A DNA stretch of 64,000 nucleotides from an uncultured delta proteobacterium (GTDB lineage: Bacteria; Desulfobacterota; Desulfobacteria; Desulfobacterales; Desulfosalsimonadaceae): assembly GCA_963826785.1 (NCBI GenBank), contig CAWGYD010000006.1, positions 416,001 to 480,000 on the forward strand, given 5' to 3'. The notes under the pieces were generated by a model. It ran no database searches. It saw only the letters and a program-made list of their open reading frames with translations, and had not been told where the DNA came from. The translations under genes were made by a program, and so were the position numbers. Position 1 is the stretch's first letter. Every line of letters starts with the position of its first letter. Below are positions 33,769 to 43,882 of the stretch, in pieces.

Positions 33769-34959
33769 ATGCAAAAGAATCCATTTCCCCACCAGATTGT
33801 TTCCCGGTTTATCGAAGAATATGAACGCAGAAAACATGTCAACGGACAGCCCTGCCGAATGAACGGCTCAGAACTGCTCAAAATCATGAAAATGAATGAT
33901 TTTGAGGCGGTTATGCAGCACATGAAGGAAAATGAGGCTATCTGCCGCAAGTTTTTAGACATTGAATCCTCCATTTTAAACATTGCCAGCCTCAGAGACT
34001 TCTTCGATATCCTGCTGACCGGGGTATCCAACACCTTCGATATCCCCTATGTCTGGCTGACCGCAATCGAGGGCACAAGTCTGGCGGACCTGATCAAGAG
34101 CCAGGAAGAAGCAGACGTCATCTGGCCGAAAGTCAATTTCATCAGCGCCGGCGATTATAAGAAATTCACTAAAAACAGCGGCAAGCCGGTCCTGGCGAAT
34201 AAATATCTGACGCCCTATGCGGTATTTTTCCCGCAGGATCGTGATCTTCCCATGCGGTCTCTGGCCATTGCCCCGGTATATGTCGACGGCCAACTGGCGG
34301 GAAGCCTGAACCTGGGGGATTATACCTCCACCCGGTTTCATCCGGATATGGACACCTCCCTGCTCGAACAACTCATGGTCAAGATATCCCTGTGCCTGTC
34401 AAATGTCTGCGCCCATGAAAGACTGCATTTTTTCGCAAGTCATGACGCCCTGACCGGCCTGCTGAACCGGGGCGCCTTTGAAAATGCGCTTCACAGGGAA
34501 TTCAGCCGTTCCCGCCGTCACAACAGCGACCTGACCCTGGTATTCATCGATATCGACGGATTTAAGCAGATCAATGACCGGTACGGGCATGAATGCGGGG
34601 ATGCGGTTTTAAAATATGTCGGCCGTAATCTGGAAGCGTCGAGCCGGCGGGAGGATATCCCGGCCCGGTTTGCCGGCGATGAGTTCGTCCTGATACTGCC
34701 CGAGACCCGGTCCGAGGCGTCTGAGTCCATGATGGATCGGATTCAAAGACATTTGGATGAAAATCCCTTGATTTACAAGGGCGTTAAACTGTCCATCTCT
34801 TTGACCTACGGCATTGCTTCCATGGATGAGAAAGGGGTGCTCCGCCCCGACCAGCTGCTCAAGTTCGCAGATGACCGGCTTTATGTCTCCAAGGGGACCA
34901 AGATCAAGGATGTGTCGATTCCGCTGCATCCCCGGGTGGTTCAGGCGAAAGCCTCTTAG
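33769..34959 (+). CDS. GAF(DUF484-like)-GGDEF diguanylate cyclase
   Basis: DALTGLLNR, DIDGFKQINDRYGH..GD, RREDIPARFAGDEF (RxxD I-site, AGDEF). Confidence 0.9.
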   Translation: MQKNPFPHQIVSRFIEEYERRKHVNGQPCRMNGSELLKIMKMNDFEAVMQHMKENEAICRKFLDIESSILNIASLRDFFDILLTGVSNTFDIPYVWLTAIEGTSLADLIKSQEEADVIWPKVNFISAGDYKKFTKNSGKPVLANKYLTPYAVFFPQDRDLPMRSLAIAPVYVDGQLAGSLNLGDYTSTRFHPDMDTSLLEQLMVKISLCLSNVCAHERLHFFASHDALTGLLNRGAFENALHREFSRSRRHNSDLTLVFIDIDGFKQINDRYGHECGDAVLKYVGRNLEASSRREDIPARFAGDEFVLILPETRSEASESMMDRIQRHLDENPLIYKGVKLSISLTYGIASMDEKGVLRPDQLLKFADDRLYVSKGTKIKDVSIPLHPRVVQAKAS

Positions 34960-34986
34960 GGCCGGTGGGATTGTTGCTTTTGCGGT

Positions 34987-35427
34987 CTATGAACTGAGGC
35001 AGCATTGTTGTTCCCCCAGGTCTTTTTCATAATATCGGGCTTCGATCAGGTTATGCTCCGGGTCCCTGAAGTAGATTGAGGTGCCGGCGCCGTGCGCTCC
35101 CCAGCGGGGGACCGGGCCTTCTTCGATGGGGATGCCCTTTTTTTCCAGGCGGTTCTTCAGGTCCTCCCATACGTCTCTGTCCATGGCCATGCAGAAGTGG
35201 TTCATGTTCTCCCGTCCTTTTCCCGAAGGTGCGTTTTTGCCCCACATGGACTTCGGGAACAGGTCGATGATGGTGTCCGCATTTAACCGCACGGAGGGAA
35301 AAGGCACCTTTCCCGCCCGGTATTCCGCCATCCGTTCGGCCGGCAGCGCAAGTACATGCGTATAAAAATCAATCATCCGGTCGTCATCTTCCACATTGAT
35401 CACGATGTGATCCATCCGGCATTCCAC
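34987..35427 (-). CDS. VOC/glyoxalase family protein
   Basis: MDHIVINV, NHFC, SIYFRDPEHNLIE; GTG start after ggaggg. Confidence 0.88.
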   Translation of the reverse strand: MECRMDHIVINVEDDDRMIDFYTHVLALPAERMAEYRAGKVPFPSVRLNADTIIDLFPKSMWGKNAPSGKGRENMNHFCMAMDRDVWEDLKNRLEKKGIPIEEGPVPRWGAHGAGTSIYFRDPEHNLIEARYYEKDLGEQQCCLSS

Positions 35428-35769
35428 AGGCTTCTCCCTCCCATCCAAGACTGTTTTTAAATTATCCCATCCATTTGTATTCCTGCTCCAAAAAAGGTTA
35501 ACCCCAAGGGGATCAGCGGTCAAACATGTGGCGCTGTTCCAGACTTTTCGCTTTCATCCGCCGTCTGATGCAGGTCCAGCCCGGCAGGATATCCCCGGTG
35601 AGATGGCTCACCAGCGGGCTTTTGACCGGCCAGCTTGTTTTTCGTCAATATAAATTGAGCAAGCGTTCGTTTTTTTACTTTGCGGCCGCATTTGCATTTG
35701 TAGTTTGGCATCTTATCTGATAATTTTTCCAAACAAACCTGTTCAGTGGATCATTACGGAGAATCGAAA

Positions 35770-36658
35770 ATGCCTGAAGAAAAGCACTTCGGCCCCATCT
35801 GGTTCATCCCCGGCCCGAACAAGGGGAAATACCCCCACTGCCACTCGATCTACATCGAAGGGGCGGGCATTCTCATCGATCCGGCGGCCGACAGGGACAG
35901 GCTCATATCGCTCAAAAAAGATCCCGGCGTAAAAATGGTGTGGCTGAGCCACGCCCATGAGGATCATTTCACCCATCTCGATCTGTTCGAAGACGTGCCC
36001 CTGTGGACCTCATGCCGCAGATGCCCTCCCCCTTCAAAGCATGGATGGTTTCCTGGACGCCTATGGCATGTCAGGGGAGATGCGGGAAGGTTTTAAACTC
36101 TTTTTTGAGCAGCAGTTTCATTTCAGGCCCCGAAAGCCCCACCGGCTGCTTTCAGACGGTGAGATCATTGACCTGGCGGGCGGGGAGCAGGTGGAGATCA
36201 TCCATACCCCCGGCCACACCCCCGGGCATCTGGCCTTTCATTTCAAAAAGACCGGTATCCTCTTTTTAGGCGACTATGACCTCACCCCCTTTGGCCCCTG
36301 GTACGGCGATACGCTCTCCAGCATCGAGGATACCCTGGCCTCCATCTCCCGCCTTCAGTCCATTCCGGCAAGTATTTGGCTGACCTGTCATGAAGCGGGT
36401 ATTTTTGAAAACCCGCCCGGAGAGAAATGGGGGGCCTATGCCGGGGTGATCGATCAGCGGGACCAGAAGCTGCTCGATTTTCTGGATGCGCCCAAAACCC
36501 TGGCGGAGATCGCCCGGGCCTGGATCGTCTATGGCAAGCCCCGGCAGCCGGCGGAATTTTTTCTGTTCGGCGAGCGGGCCATCATGGAAAAGCATGTGGA
36601 CCGGCTTTTGCGCCGAGGCCGGATCGCCCGGCAGGGCGAGCGGTTGGCAAGGCTGTAA
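35770..36658 (+). CDS. Metallo-beta-lactamase-fold hydrolase (apparent +1 frameshift ~36009)
   Basis: SHAHEDH in ORF 35746; TPGHTPGH, LGD, CH in ORF 35957. Confidence 0.88.
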
Positions 36659-36798
36659 GATTTTTTGCCAAAGCCGATATCACCTTTCCGCGGCAGTGGG
36701 TGCCGCATCTTTGAAAAAGCTGATCAACATGCGCTATTTTCAGGATATGGGCTATTTTTTCACCCGGTCTCTGCTGCGGCGCATCTAAGGACTGCGAT

Positions 36799-37623
36799 AT
36801 GAATATTTTTGAGGGTAAAAACATCATCATCACCGGCGGATCATCGGGGGTGGGACGGGTGCTGGCCAACCGGCTGGCCGGCCGGGGCGGCCATATCGCC
36901 CTGGTGGCAAGAAACATCGCCAAACTTGAAGAAACAGCAGCCGAAATCCGATCCGCCGCCGCTCCCCATCAGCGTATCATGACGTTTTCCTGCGATGTGG
37001 CCGATGCGGACGCGGTGGAACAGGCATTTAACCAGATCGCCAGTGAATGGGGAACCCCGCACATCCTGATCAATTCCGCCGGCATCCTCCGGGAGGGGTA
37101 TTTCGAACATCAGGGGACGGATACCTTCCGGGAGGTCATGGACATCAATTTCTTCGGAACCCTGCACTGCACCCGGGCGGTCCTGCCGTTTTTCAAAGAA
37201 TCCGGGGGCGGTCGGATCGTCAACATCGCCTCGGTGGCCGGGATGATGGGGGTGTTCGGCTACGCCGCCTACTGCGCCTCCAAGCACGCCGTCATCGGCC
37301 TGACCGCCTCCCTGCGCGCGGAGCTCAAGGCGCAGAATATCACTTTCCACCTGGTCTGCCCGCCGGAATTTGACTCCCCCATGGTGGATGCCGTCAATGT
37401 CGACCGCACTCCGGAAAACAAGATGATGGCCCAGACCATCCCCGTCATGACCGCCGAGGCGGTAGCCGACGCGGTGATCCGGGGGATCGAGCAGAATCGT
37501 TTCCATATCATTCCCGGATTGACGGCCCGGGCGCTGACCGCGTTGGATCGTTATTTTCCGGCACTGGGCCGCGCCATTGTCGATTTCAAGATCAAGCGAT
37601 GCTACCGGGGTCCGCAGAAATGA
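36799..37623 (+). CDS. Short-chain dehydrogenase/reductase
   Basis: TGGSSGVG, NSAG, YCASK. Confidence 0.92.
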   Translation: MNIFEGKNIIITGGSSGVGRVLANRLAGRGGHIALVARNIAKLEETAAEIRSAAAPHQRIMTFSCDVADADAVEQAFNQIASEWGTPHILINSAGILREGYFEHQGTDTFREVMDINFFGTLHCTRAVLPFFKESGGGRIVNIASVAGMMGVFGYAAYCASKHAVIGLTASLRAELKAQNITFHLVCPPEFDSPMVDAVNVDRTPENKMMAQTIPVMTAEAVADAVIRGIEQNRFHIIPGLTARALTALDRYFPALGRAIVDFKIKRCYRGPQK

Positions 37624-38909
37624 GCGACTCCGGAAAAATCGGCTACTGGGAGGTCACCGCCATCGGGGTGGGCGGCATGGTGGGGGGCGGGATTTTTGCC
37701 GTGCTGGGGCTTTCGGTGGATCTGGCCCGCGGGGGCGCACCCGCGGCCTTCCTGATCGCGGGGATAGTGGCCCTGGTCACCTCCTATTCCTACACCCGGC
37801 TTTCCGTCGCCCTTCCCAGCCAGGGCGGCACCGTGGCCTTCCTGGACAAGGCATTCGGGCCCGGGCTGCTGACCGGGAGCACCAATATCCTGCTCTGGAT
37901 CAGCTATATCGTCATGCTTTCCCTGTATGCCTATGCCTTTGGCAGCTACGGCGCCTCCCTGTTTCCGGCGGCCTCACAGACGTTCTGGAAGCATGTCCTG
38001 ATCAGCGGCAGCATCATCGGCATCACCGGCTTGAACCTGCTGAGCGCCAAGCTGATCGGCGAGGTGGAGGACTGGATCGTGCTGATCAAGCTGGCCATCC
38101 TGGTGCTTTTCATTGTCGCGGGCATCGCCGGCATCGACAGCGCCCGGCTGGCGCCGTCCGCGTGGTCGCCCCCCCTGAACGTGGCGGCCGGCGGCATGAT
38201 CATCTTTCTGGCCTACGAGGGATTCGAGCTGATCGCCAACAGCGCCCAGGATGTGCGCACCCCGGCCAAGACCCTGCCCCGGGCCTTCTATTCGGCGGTC
38301 GTGTTTGTGATCATCCTCTATGTGCTCATCGCGGTGGTCACCGTGGGGACCCTTCCCGCCGACAAGATCGTGGCCGCCAAGGACTACGCCCTGGCGGAGG
38401 CGGCCAAACCCTTTCTGGGGGAAAAGGGATTTCTGCTCATCGCCATCGCCGCCATGCTGTCGACGGCCTCGGCCATCAATGCCACAATTTACGGCGCCGC
38501 CCGGCTGAGCTACATCATCGCCAAAGACGGGGAATTGCCTGATTTCCTGGAAAGAAAAACCTGGAATGAACCGATGGGCGGACTGATCATCACGTCGCTC
38601 TCCACCCTGCTGCTCGCCAATCTGGTCAACCTGTCCAGCATGTCCACCATGGGAAGCGCCGGATTCCTGCTGATCTTTGCAGCGGTAAACGCGGCCAATG
38701 CGGTTTTGGCCAGCAAAACCGGGAGCAGGGCCTGGCTGGCCTGGACCGGGGCGGTGCTCTGCCTCGGTGCCCTGGTGACCCTGCTCTGGCAGACGGCAAT
38801 CCGTTCGCCGCATGAACTCTGGATCCTGTTTGTGATGATCGGGATTTCATTTACCATTGAGGCTGTGTTTCGGCTGACCACAGAACGCAAAATTTCACTG
38901 AACAAATGA
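37620..38909 (+). CDS. APC-family amino acid permease
   Basis: GGMVGGGIF, FLAYEGFE, ~12 TM segments. Confidence 0.92.
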   Translation: MSDSGKIGYWEVTAIGVGGMVGGGIFAVLGLSVDLARGGAPAAFLIAGIVALVTSYSYTRLSVALPSQGGTVAFLDKAFGPGLLTGSTNILLWISYIVMLSLYAYAFGSYGASLFPAASQTFWKHVLISGSIIGITGLNLLSAKLIGEVEDWIVLIKLAILVLFIVAGIAGIDSARLAPSAWSPPLNVAAGGMIIFLAYEGFELIANSAQDVRTPAKTLPRAFYSAVVFVIILYVLIAVVTVGTLPADKIVAAKDYALAEAAKPFLGEKGFLLIAIAAMLSTASAINATIYGAARLSYIIAKDGELPDFLERKTWNEPMGGLIITSLSTLLLANLVNLSSMSTMGSAGFLLIFAAVNAANAVLASKTGSRAWLAWTGAVLCLGALVTLLWQTAIRSPHELWILFVMIGISFTIEAVFRLTTERKISLNK

Positions 38910-38982
38910 AAACCGGACTTGTCATCACGATATCGGTGACCTTCGGGCGAATTGGCTTTTACGCGTTTACAGGAGTTTACAG

Positions 38983-39615
38983 ATGACCATCAAGGCAGTC
39001 ATTTTTGACCTGGGCGGGGTGATCCTCGATTCCCCCATGGCGATATTTGCCGCATTTGAGGAAAAGCGCGGACTGCCCGCCAATTTTTTAAACCGGCTCA
39101 TTGTGGACAGCGGCGATGCCGGCGCGTGGGCCCGCCTGGAGCGGGGGGAGCTTACCCTGGATCAGTTTTTCGATGTCTTTGACCGGGAAATTCAGGCAGC
39201 CGGGGCCGACATCTCCAGCCGGGAACTGATGGGGGCGGTCTATGACACGGTTTCCGTCCGCCCGGAAATGCTGGAAGCGGTTCACCGGCTGCGCGATTTG
39301 GGTTTCAAAGTGGCCGCCCTTACCAACAACTGGATCGATGCGGACGCCCCGCCCGAAGTGGCCCAATTCAAGGCGGAATTTGACGTGTTTGTGGAATCGA
39401 GCAAAACCGGGATGGCCAAGCCGGATCCGAGAATCTATCGGCTGGTGCTGGAAGAACTGGGCATCGCCCCGGAGCAGGCGGTCTTCCTGGATGATCTTGG
39501 CCGGAACCTGAAGCCGGCACGGCAGATGGGGATGGCCACCATCAAGGTCGAATCCGTAAAACAGGCCCTGGCCGAACTGGAAGATGTACTGGGGATGAAA
39601 CTTGCGGGTGCATAA
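38983..39615 (+). CDS. HAD-family phosphatase
   Basis: FDLGGV, LTNN, KPDPRIY, FLDD. Confidence 0.9.
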   Translation: MTIKAVIFDLGGVILDSPMAIFAAFEEKRGLPANFLNRLIVDSGDAGAWARLERGELTLDQFFDVFDREIQAAGADISSRELMGAVYDTVSVRPEMLEAVHRLRDLGFKVAALTNNWIDADAPPEVAQFKAEFDVFVESSKTGMAKPDPRIYRLVLEELGIAPEQAVFLDDLGRNLKPARQMGMATIKVESVKQALAELEDVLGMKLAGA

Positions 39616-39618
39616 GGC

Positions 39619-41217
39619 ATGACCGGTCCCATGGACACATTCAATCATATCCGAAAGGCCATGGCCGACCCGGCGTTTTATCCCCATGCGGTCTCCGGGC
39701 TGCAAGAGCGGGAGACGACCATCTCGGTGGTCTTCCTGACGGGTGATTGGGTCTACAAGCTCAAAAAACCGCTGAACCTGGGCTTTCTTGATTTTACCCG
39801 CTTAGAATCGCGAAAATATTACAGCCATCAGGAAGTGGCGCTCAACCGCCGGCTCGCGTTTGAAATGTATGAGGGGGTTGATACCATCACCGTCGAGTCC
39901 GGCGGCGGATTTGCCCTGAACGGATCGGGTGATCCGGTGGAGTACGCGGTGAAGATGCGGCAGCTGCCAGAGGGCGCCAGCCTGCAGTCGCACATCCTGG
40001 CAGGCACGGCCGCTTCCGGCCGGATCCGTGACTTGGGCCGATACCTGGCTGATTTCTATCAAAGGGCCCGATCGAGCGATGAAATATCGGCCAATGGCCG
40101 GTGGAAAGCCATATCTGCCCAGGTGATGGAAAATTTCGACCAGACCGCCCCCCATGCGGGAAAATGTTTTCCGGAATCCGGGTGGGATACGATCCGGGAT
40201 GCGAGCGCCCGCTTCATGGCAGAAAACCGGGCGCTGTTTGCCCGACGGGTAAAAGACGGCATGATCCGGGACGGCCACGGGGATTTAAGATCCGAACACG
40301 TTTATTTTCTGGATCAGATCCACATCATCGACTGCGTGGAGTTCAACACCCGCTACCGGTATATCGACGCGGCTTCGGACATGGCTTTTCTGTTCATGGA
40401 TCTGGAATCCATGGGCGCGATGGATTCTGCCCTGGAGGTGATCCGGGCCTACGCGCAGGCGGCCGATGATGACCGGATATACCGGATGATCGATTTTTAT
40501 GCCTGTTACCGCGCCATGGTGCGCTTCAAGGTCAACTGCTTTCTGCTGGAGCAGGTCGCATCGGACAAGATCAAAAAGCGCATCGATCTTTATCTGACCC
40601 TGGCGCATCGATATGCCCGACGGATGAACCGTCCCGTGCTTTGGGGGGTGTGCGGTCTGCCCGCCTCCGGCAAAAGCACCCTGGCGCTCCGCCTGTCGGA
40701 TTTCTATGAGACGCCCCGGCTGAGCACGGATGAGATCCGCAAAGAAAACGGGCCTGCAGGGGCAGAAGGTTCAACGCCAAACGCATATGGAAAGGGTAAA
40801 TACGATCTGGCATCCAAGACGAGCATCTATCGCAAAATGATGGATGCGGCAGGGGAAATGCTGCGAAAAAACCGGTCCGTGGTGCTGGATGCCACTTTTT
40901 CACGGCGAAAGTGGCGCGATATGGCCGCCGAATGCGCGCATAATGCGGGTGCCGCCCTGGTTTTTGCCGAATGCCGGGCGGATGAAGCAGAACTTGCGCG
41001 CCGGCTCAAGAAGCGGGATTCCGCTGCGGGTTTATCGGATGCCCGCTTGCGTCACCTCCCTGAATTTATAAAAAACTTCGAGCCGCTGGACGAACTCGGA
41101 GAAGACCACCGGGTGATCGTGGATACAGGTCTGCCGGAAAATGAAGCCTGGCAGTCCCTGCTGGCAGGCCAGTACGCCGCAATCTGCCGGCAGGAGCAGG
41201 TCCCGAAACCCGCTTGA
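39619..41217 (+). CDS. Bifunctional aminoglycoside-phosphotransferase-like / AAA_33 P-loop kinase protein
   Basis: KLKKP..GFLDF, HGDL, IIDCVEFN; GLPASGKST, VVLDATF, SDA. Confidence 0.88.
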   Translation: MTGPMDTFNHIRKAMADPAFYPHAVSGLQERETTISVVFLTGDWVYKLKKPLNLGFLDFTRLESRKYYSHQEVALNRRLAFEMYEGVDTITVESGGGFALNGSGDPVEYAVKMRQLPEGASLQSHILAGTAASGRIRDLGRYLADFYQRARSSDEISANGRWKAISAQVMENFDQTAPHAGKCFPESGWDTIRDASARFMAENRALFARRVKDGMIRDGHGDLRSEHVYFLDQIHIIDCVEFNTRYRYIDAASDMAFLFMDLESMGAMDSALEVIRAYAQAADDDRIYRMIDFYACYRAMVRFKVNCFLLEQVASDKIKKRIDLYLTLAHRYARRMNRPVLWGVCGLPASGKSTLALRLSDFYETPRLSTDEIRKENGPAGAEGSTPNAYGKGKYDLASKTSIYRKMMDAAGEMLRKNRSVVLDATFSRRKWRDMAAECAHNAGAALVFAECRADEAELARRLKKRDSAAGLSDARLRHLPEFIKNFEPLDELGEDHRVIVDTGLPENEAWQSLLAGQYAAICRQEQVPKPA

Positions 41218-41250
41218 CGCTGTTTGGGCGTCAAAACGCGTCTTTTCCGG

Positions 41251-41823
41251 TTACCACCAGGCATTGGGATAGGGGTGGCGGTATCTCCAAAAGGGGTCGG
41301 GGCTCGGCCAGGGATAGGGATAGTAGGGCGAATACGGGTAATAGGGATAATTGTAGTAGCGCGCCTGACTTTCCGGCTCCCATAAGTACAGGTCGATGGC
41401 ATTGATTACCAGGAGAGGATAGGTGTAGCGGTCGATTTTCCGCTTCTCTGCGCCCTTGACCGTTCCGGCCACGGTGACTTTCCTGTTTTTTTCATATACC
41501 GCCGGATCCAGAAAACCGTCATATACCACCATAAACCGGCCCTGGGACAAATCCCGGGCTTTGGGTTGGTCTTCATAGCCCAGCGGCGTCTGGAGCACCA
41601 GAAGCCGGGTCTGATCGGCCATGTTCTGGACCTCGATGATATAGCCCCCCAGGATAACGGTCTTGCCGATATACTGATCCGCGTTCTGGACCAATTGATT
41701 GAAATCCACATCCTTTACTGCCTCACTCCTGATGTTCTTGGGGATTACCGAGCAGGATGCCGCCATCAGCGGCAGCAGGGCAAACAAACAGAGACTCCGG
41801 ATTCGATTGAATTGTGCGTTCAT
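41251..41823 (-). CDS. Slp-family outer-membrane lipoprotein (second paralog)
   Basis: Lipobox AASC, VILGG, SQGRF, FLDPAVY, YPLL..LYLW; Tyr/Pro-rich tail. Confidence 0.9.
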   Translation of the reverse strand: MNAQFNRIRSLCLFALLPLMAASCSVIPKNIRSEAVKDVDFNQLVQNADQYIGKTVILGGYIIEVQNMADQTRLLVLQTPLGYEDQPKARDLSQGRFMVVYDGFLDPAVYEKNRKVTVAGTVKGAEKRKIDRYTYPLLVINAIDLYLWEPESQARYYNYPYYPYSPYYPYPWPSPDPFWRYRHPYPNAWW

Positions 41824-41923
41824 GAAACGCCCCTTTTTTGTTTTTTGGTGAGAGTGCCGGAACGAAATATGGCATCATCCGATTCGATGCGGTCAATCAG
41901 AATTCTTGATGCTTACTCCATTG

Positions 41924-41988
41924 TTGATGAAGCCGTAAAAGTCGGATTTCTCTCTTTCGTAAATCCGGCAACGCCGTGAACCAGAATC
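41924..41988. repeat. Degenerate left end of the ttgatgaa..cgtaaaa element plus a decayed REP arm
   Basis: ttgatgaagccgtaaaagtc is the reverse complement of the ends at 7386-7399 and ~28085-28102. Confidence 0.5.
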
Positions 41989-42191
41989 TGCATTTGCGTT
42001 CGGGCAATGATCTATAGCAATAATCTCTTTTTTTCGGCCTGTAAACCCGTGGACCCGGATAGTCCGCAGCCGCCGTACAAAGCGTTTAGTTCTTGCACCC
42101 GGTCGATGCATATGATAGAAAAAATTAATATTTTTCAATTAAAACATATATTAAAAAATATGATTTTCAAAATCAGCCGGGGAGGAAATTG

Positions 42192-42812
42192 ATGGGCCGG
42201 GGGTGTTTTTTACGGCGATACATTGCGACATTTATCGTGTCGATGTTCCTGATTGGAACCAGCGGGGGATGTTCTTCGATCCGCTCGTATTTCGAACATC
42301 CGCCCATAGAGGAGGGCACATTTCTTACCTATGATCTGCAGGGCGGGACTTACCTGGTGGTCACCTTTTCAAAGACCGGTTCAAATCAGTTCGATGCCGT
42401 TGAAACCGTGACCTTCGAAAATGAGGATCACACCGACTTCGGGTTTGATGAAGAAAACCGTCGGGTTCCGTCGGAGCAAGAAGCGGTTAAGACCATTGTG
42501 GACGGGCGGCTGAATACAAAACGGAAAACCCCCTACCAGCCCGGCCGCCTCGGTCCCCTCTGGGTGGCGCCGTCCAACGTTAAGGTCGGAGGAAGCGCCC
42601 ATGGCGCCACTTTTGCGGAAGTAAAGGAATGGAAAGGGTGGGATGTCGGCGTGGTCAGCGCCGGTTTTGGCCGGGGCGGTGCAGTCACCGGCGGCTGGTA
42701 TTATGAACGCAAGACCGGGCTGCTGGTGGGGGGATTTTTCACCACCGCAATGAGCGATGATCCGGAGGAATTTATTCTGGTGGATACCAATATCAAAAAC
42801 CTGATGCTGTAG
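42192..42812 (+). CDS. Hypothetical lipoprotein
   Basis: ggagg RBS, signal peptide with SGGC lipobox-like motif. Confidence 0.7.
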   Translation: MGRGCFLRRYIATFIVSMFLIGTSGGCSSIRSYFEHPPIEEGTFLTYDLQGGTYLVVTFSKTGSNQFDAVETVTFENEDHTDFGFDEENRRVPSEQEAVKTIVDGRLNTKRKTPYQPGRLGPLWVAPSNVKVGGSAHGATFAEVKEWKGWDVGVVSAGFGRGGAVTGGWYYERKTGLLVGGFFTTAMSDDPEEFILVDTNIKNLML

Positions 42813-42829
42813 ACAAAAGGAATATAAAG

Positions 42830-43828
42830 ATGAAAACCCGCATTACCCAACTGTTCGGCATTAAATACCCCATCCAGTGCGGCGGTATGCTGTGGATCGC
42901 CAAACCGGAACTGGCCGCCGCCATCAGCAACGCCGGGGCCATGGGAAATCTCACCTCGGGCAACTACAATTCGGCTGACGAACTGCGCGTCGCCATCGAT
43001 TACACCCGGGAGCTGACAAAAAACCCCTTTATTGTCAATATCACCACCATGCCTTCCATCCGGCTCCCCGTGGAACTGCTCCGGGAATTCTTTTCGGTGT
43101 GCTGCGAAAAGAAGGTGACCGCCATTGAAATCGCGGGTGCGCCGGTGGATTCCTTTCTGGGGGGCGAGTTTATCCCCATGGCCAAAGATGCCGGGGTGAA
43201 GGTGCTTCACAAGGTGGGAACGGTGAAGCATGCCGTACACGCCCAGAAGGTGGGTTATGACGCGGTCACCATCGCCGGTTTCGAGGAAGGCGGATTCCCC
43301 CACAAGGACAACGTCTCCACCATGGTCCTGGTCCCCCGGGTGCGGGAGTCCGTGGATATCCCGGTACTGGCCGCCGGCGGCATGGCCGACGGCAAAAGCC
43401 TGGCCGCAGCCCTGTCCCTGGGGGCCGACGGGGTGATGATGGCCACCCGGTTTCTGGCCACAAAAGAAAGCGGGGTGCATCCCAACATCTACAAGGTGCT
43501 CCTTGAAAAAGGCGAATCCGATACCGCGCTTCAGCTCCAGTCCCTGCTGGCCGGGTTCGGTCTGCAGGTGCGGGCGCTTCGAAACGACATCATGAAAAAG
43601 ATCGCCGAAGTGGAGGAAAAAGGGGGGGACCTGTCCGAACTGCTTCCCCTGATCTCCGGGGAGCGGGCAAAACAGGTCTGGAAGGACGGCAATGCCGAGG
43701 AGGCCATGCTCACCATCGGCCAGTCCGTGGGCCGCATCCGGGATATTCCCACGGTGGCGCAACTGGTCGGGCGCATGGTCGACGAAGCGCAATCCGCGTT
43801 GAAGGCCGGCTTGAGTGCATTTAGTTAA
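42830..43828 (+). CDS. Nitronate monooxygenase / FabK-like flavoprotein
   Basis: YPIQCGGM, EEGG, PVLAAGG.ADG, GADGV.MATRF, GQSVG. Confidence 0.9.
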   Translation: MKTRITQLFGIKYPIQCGGMLWIAKPELAAAISNAGAMGNLTSGNYNSADELRVAIDYTRELTKNPFIVNITTMPSIRLPVELLREFFSVCCEKKVTAIEIAGAPVDSFLGGEFIPMAKDAGVKVLHKVGTVKHAVHAQKVGYDAVTIAGFEEGGFPHKDNVSTMVLVPRVRESVDIPVLAAGGMADGKSLAAALSLGADGVMMATRFLATKESGVHPNIYKVLLEKGESDTALQLQSLLAGFGLQVRALRNDIMKKIAEVEEKGGDLSELLPLISGERAKQVWKDGNAEEAMLTIGQSVGRIRDIPTVAQLVGRMVDEAQSALKAGLSAFS

Positions 43829-43882
43829 AATTTAAATCGGCGGCTGCAGCTAACTTTTTCTACAGATCACCCGAGCGCATAA

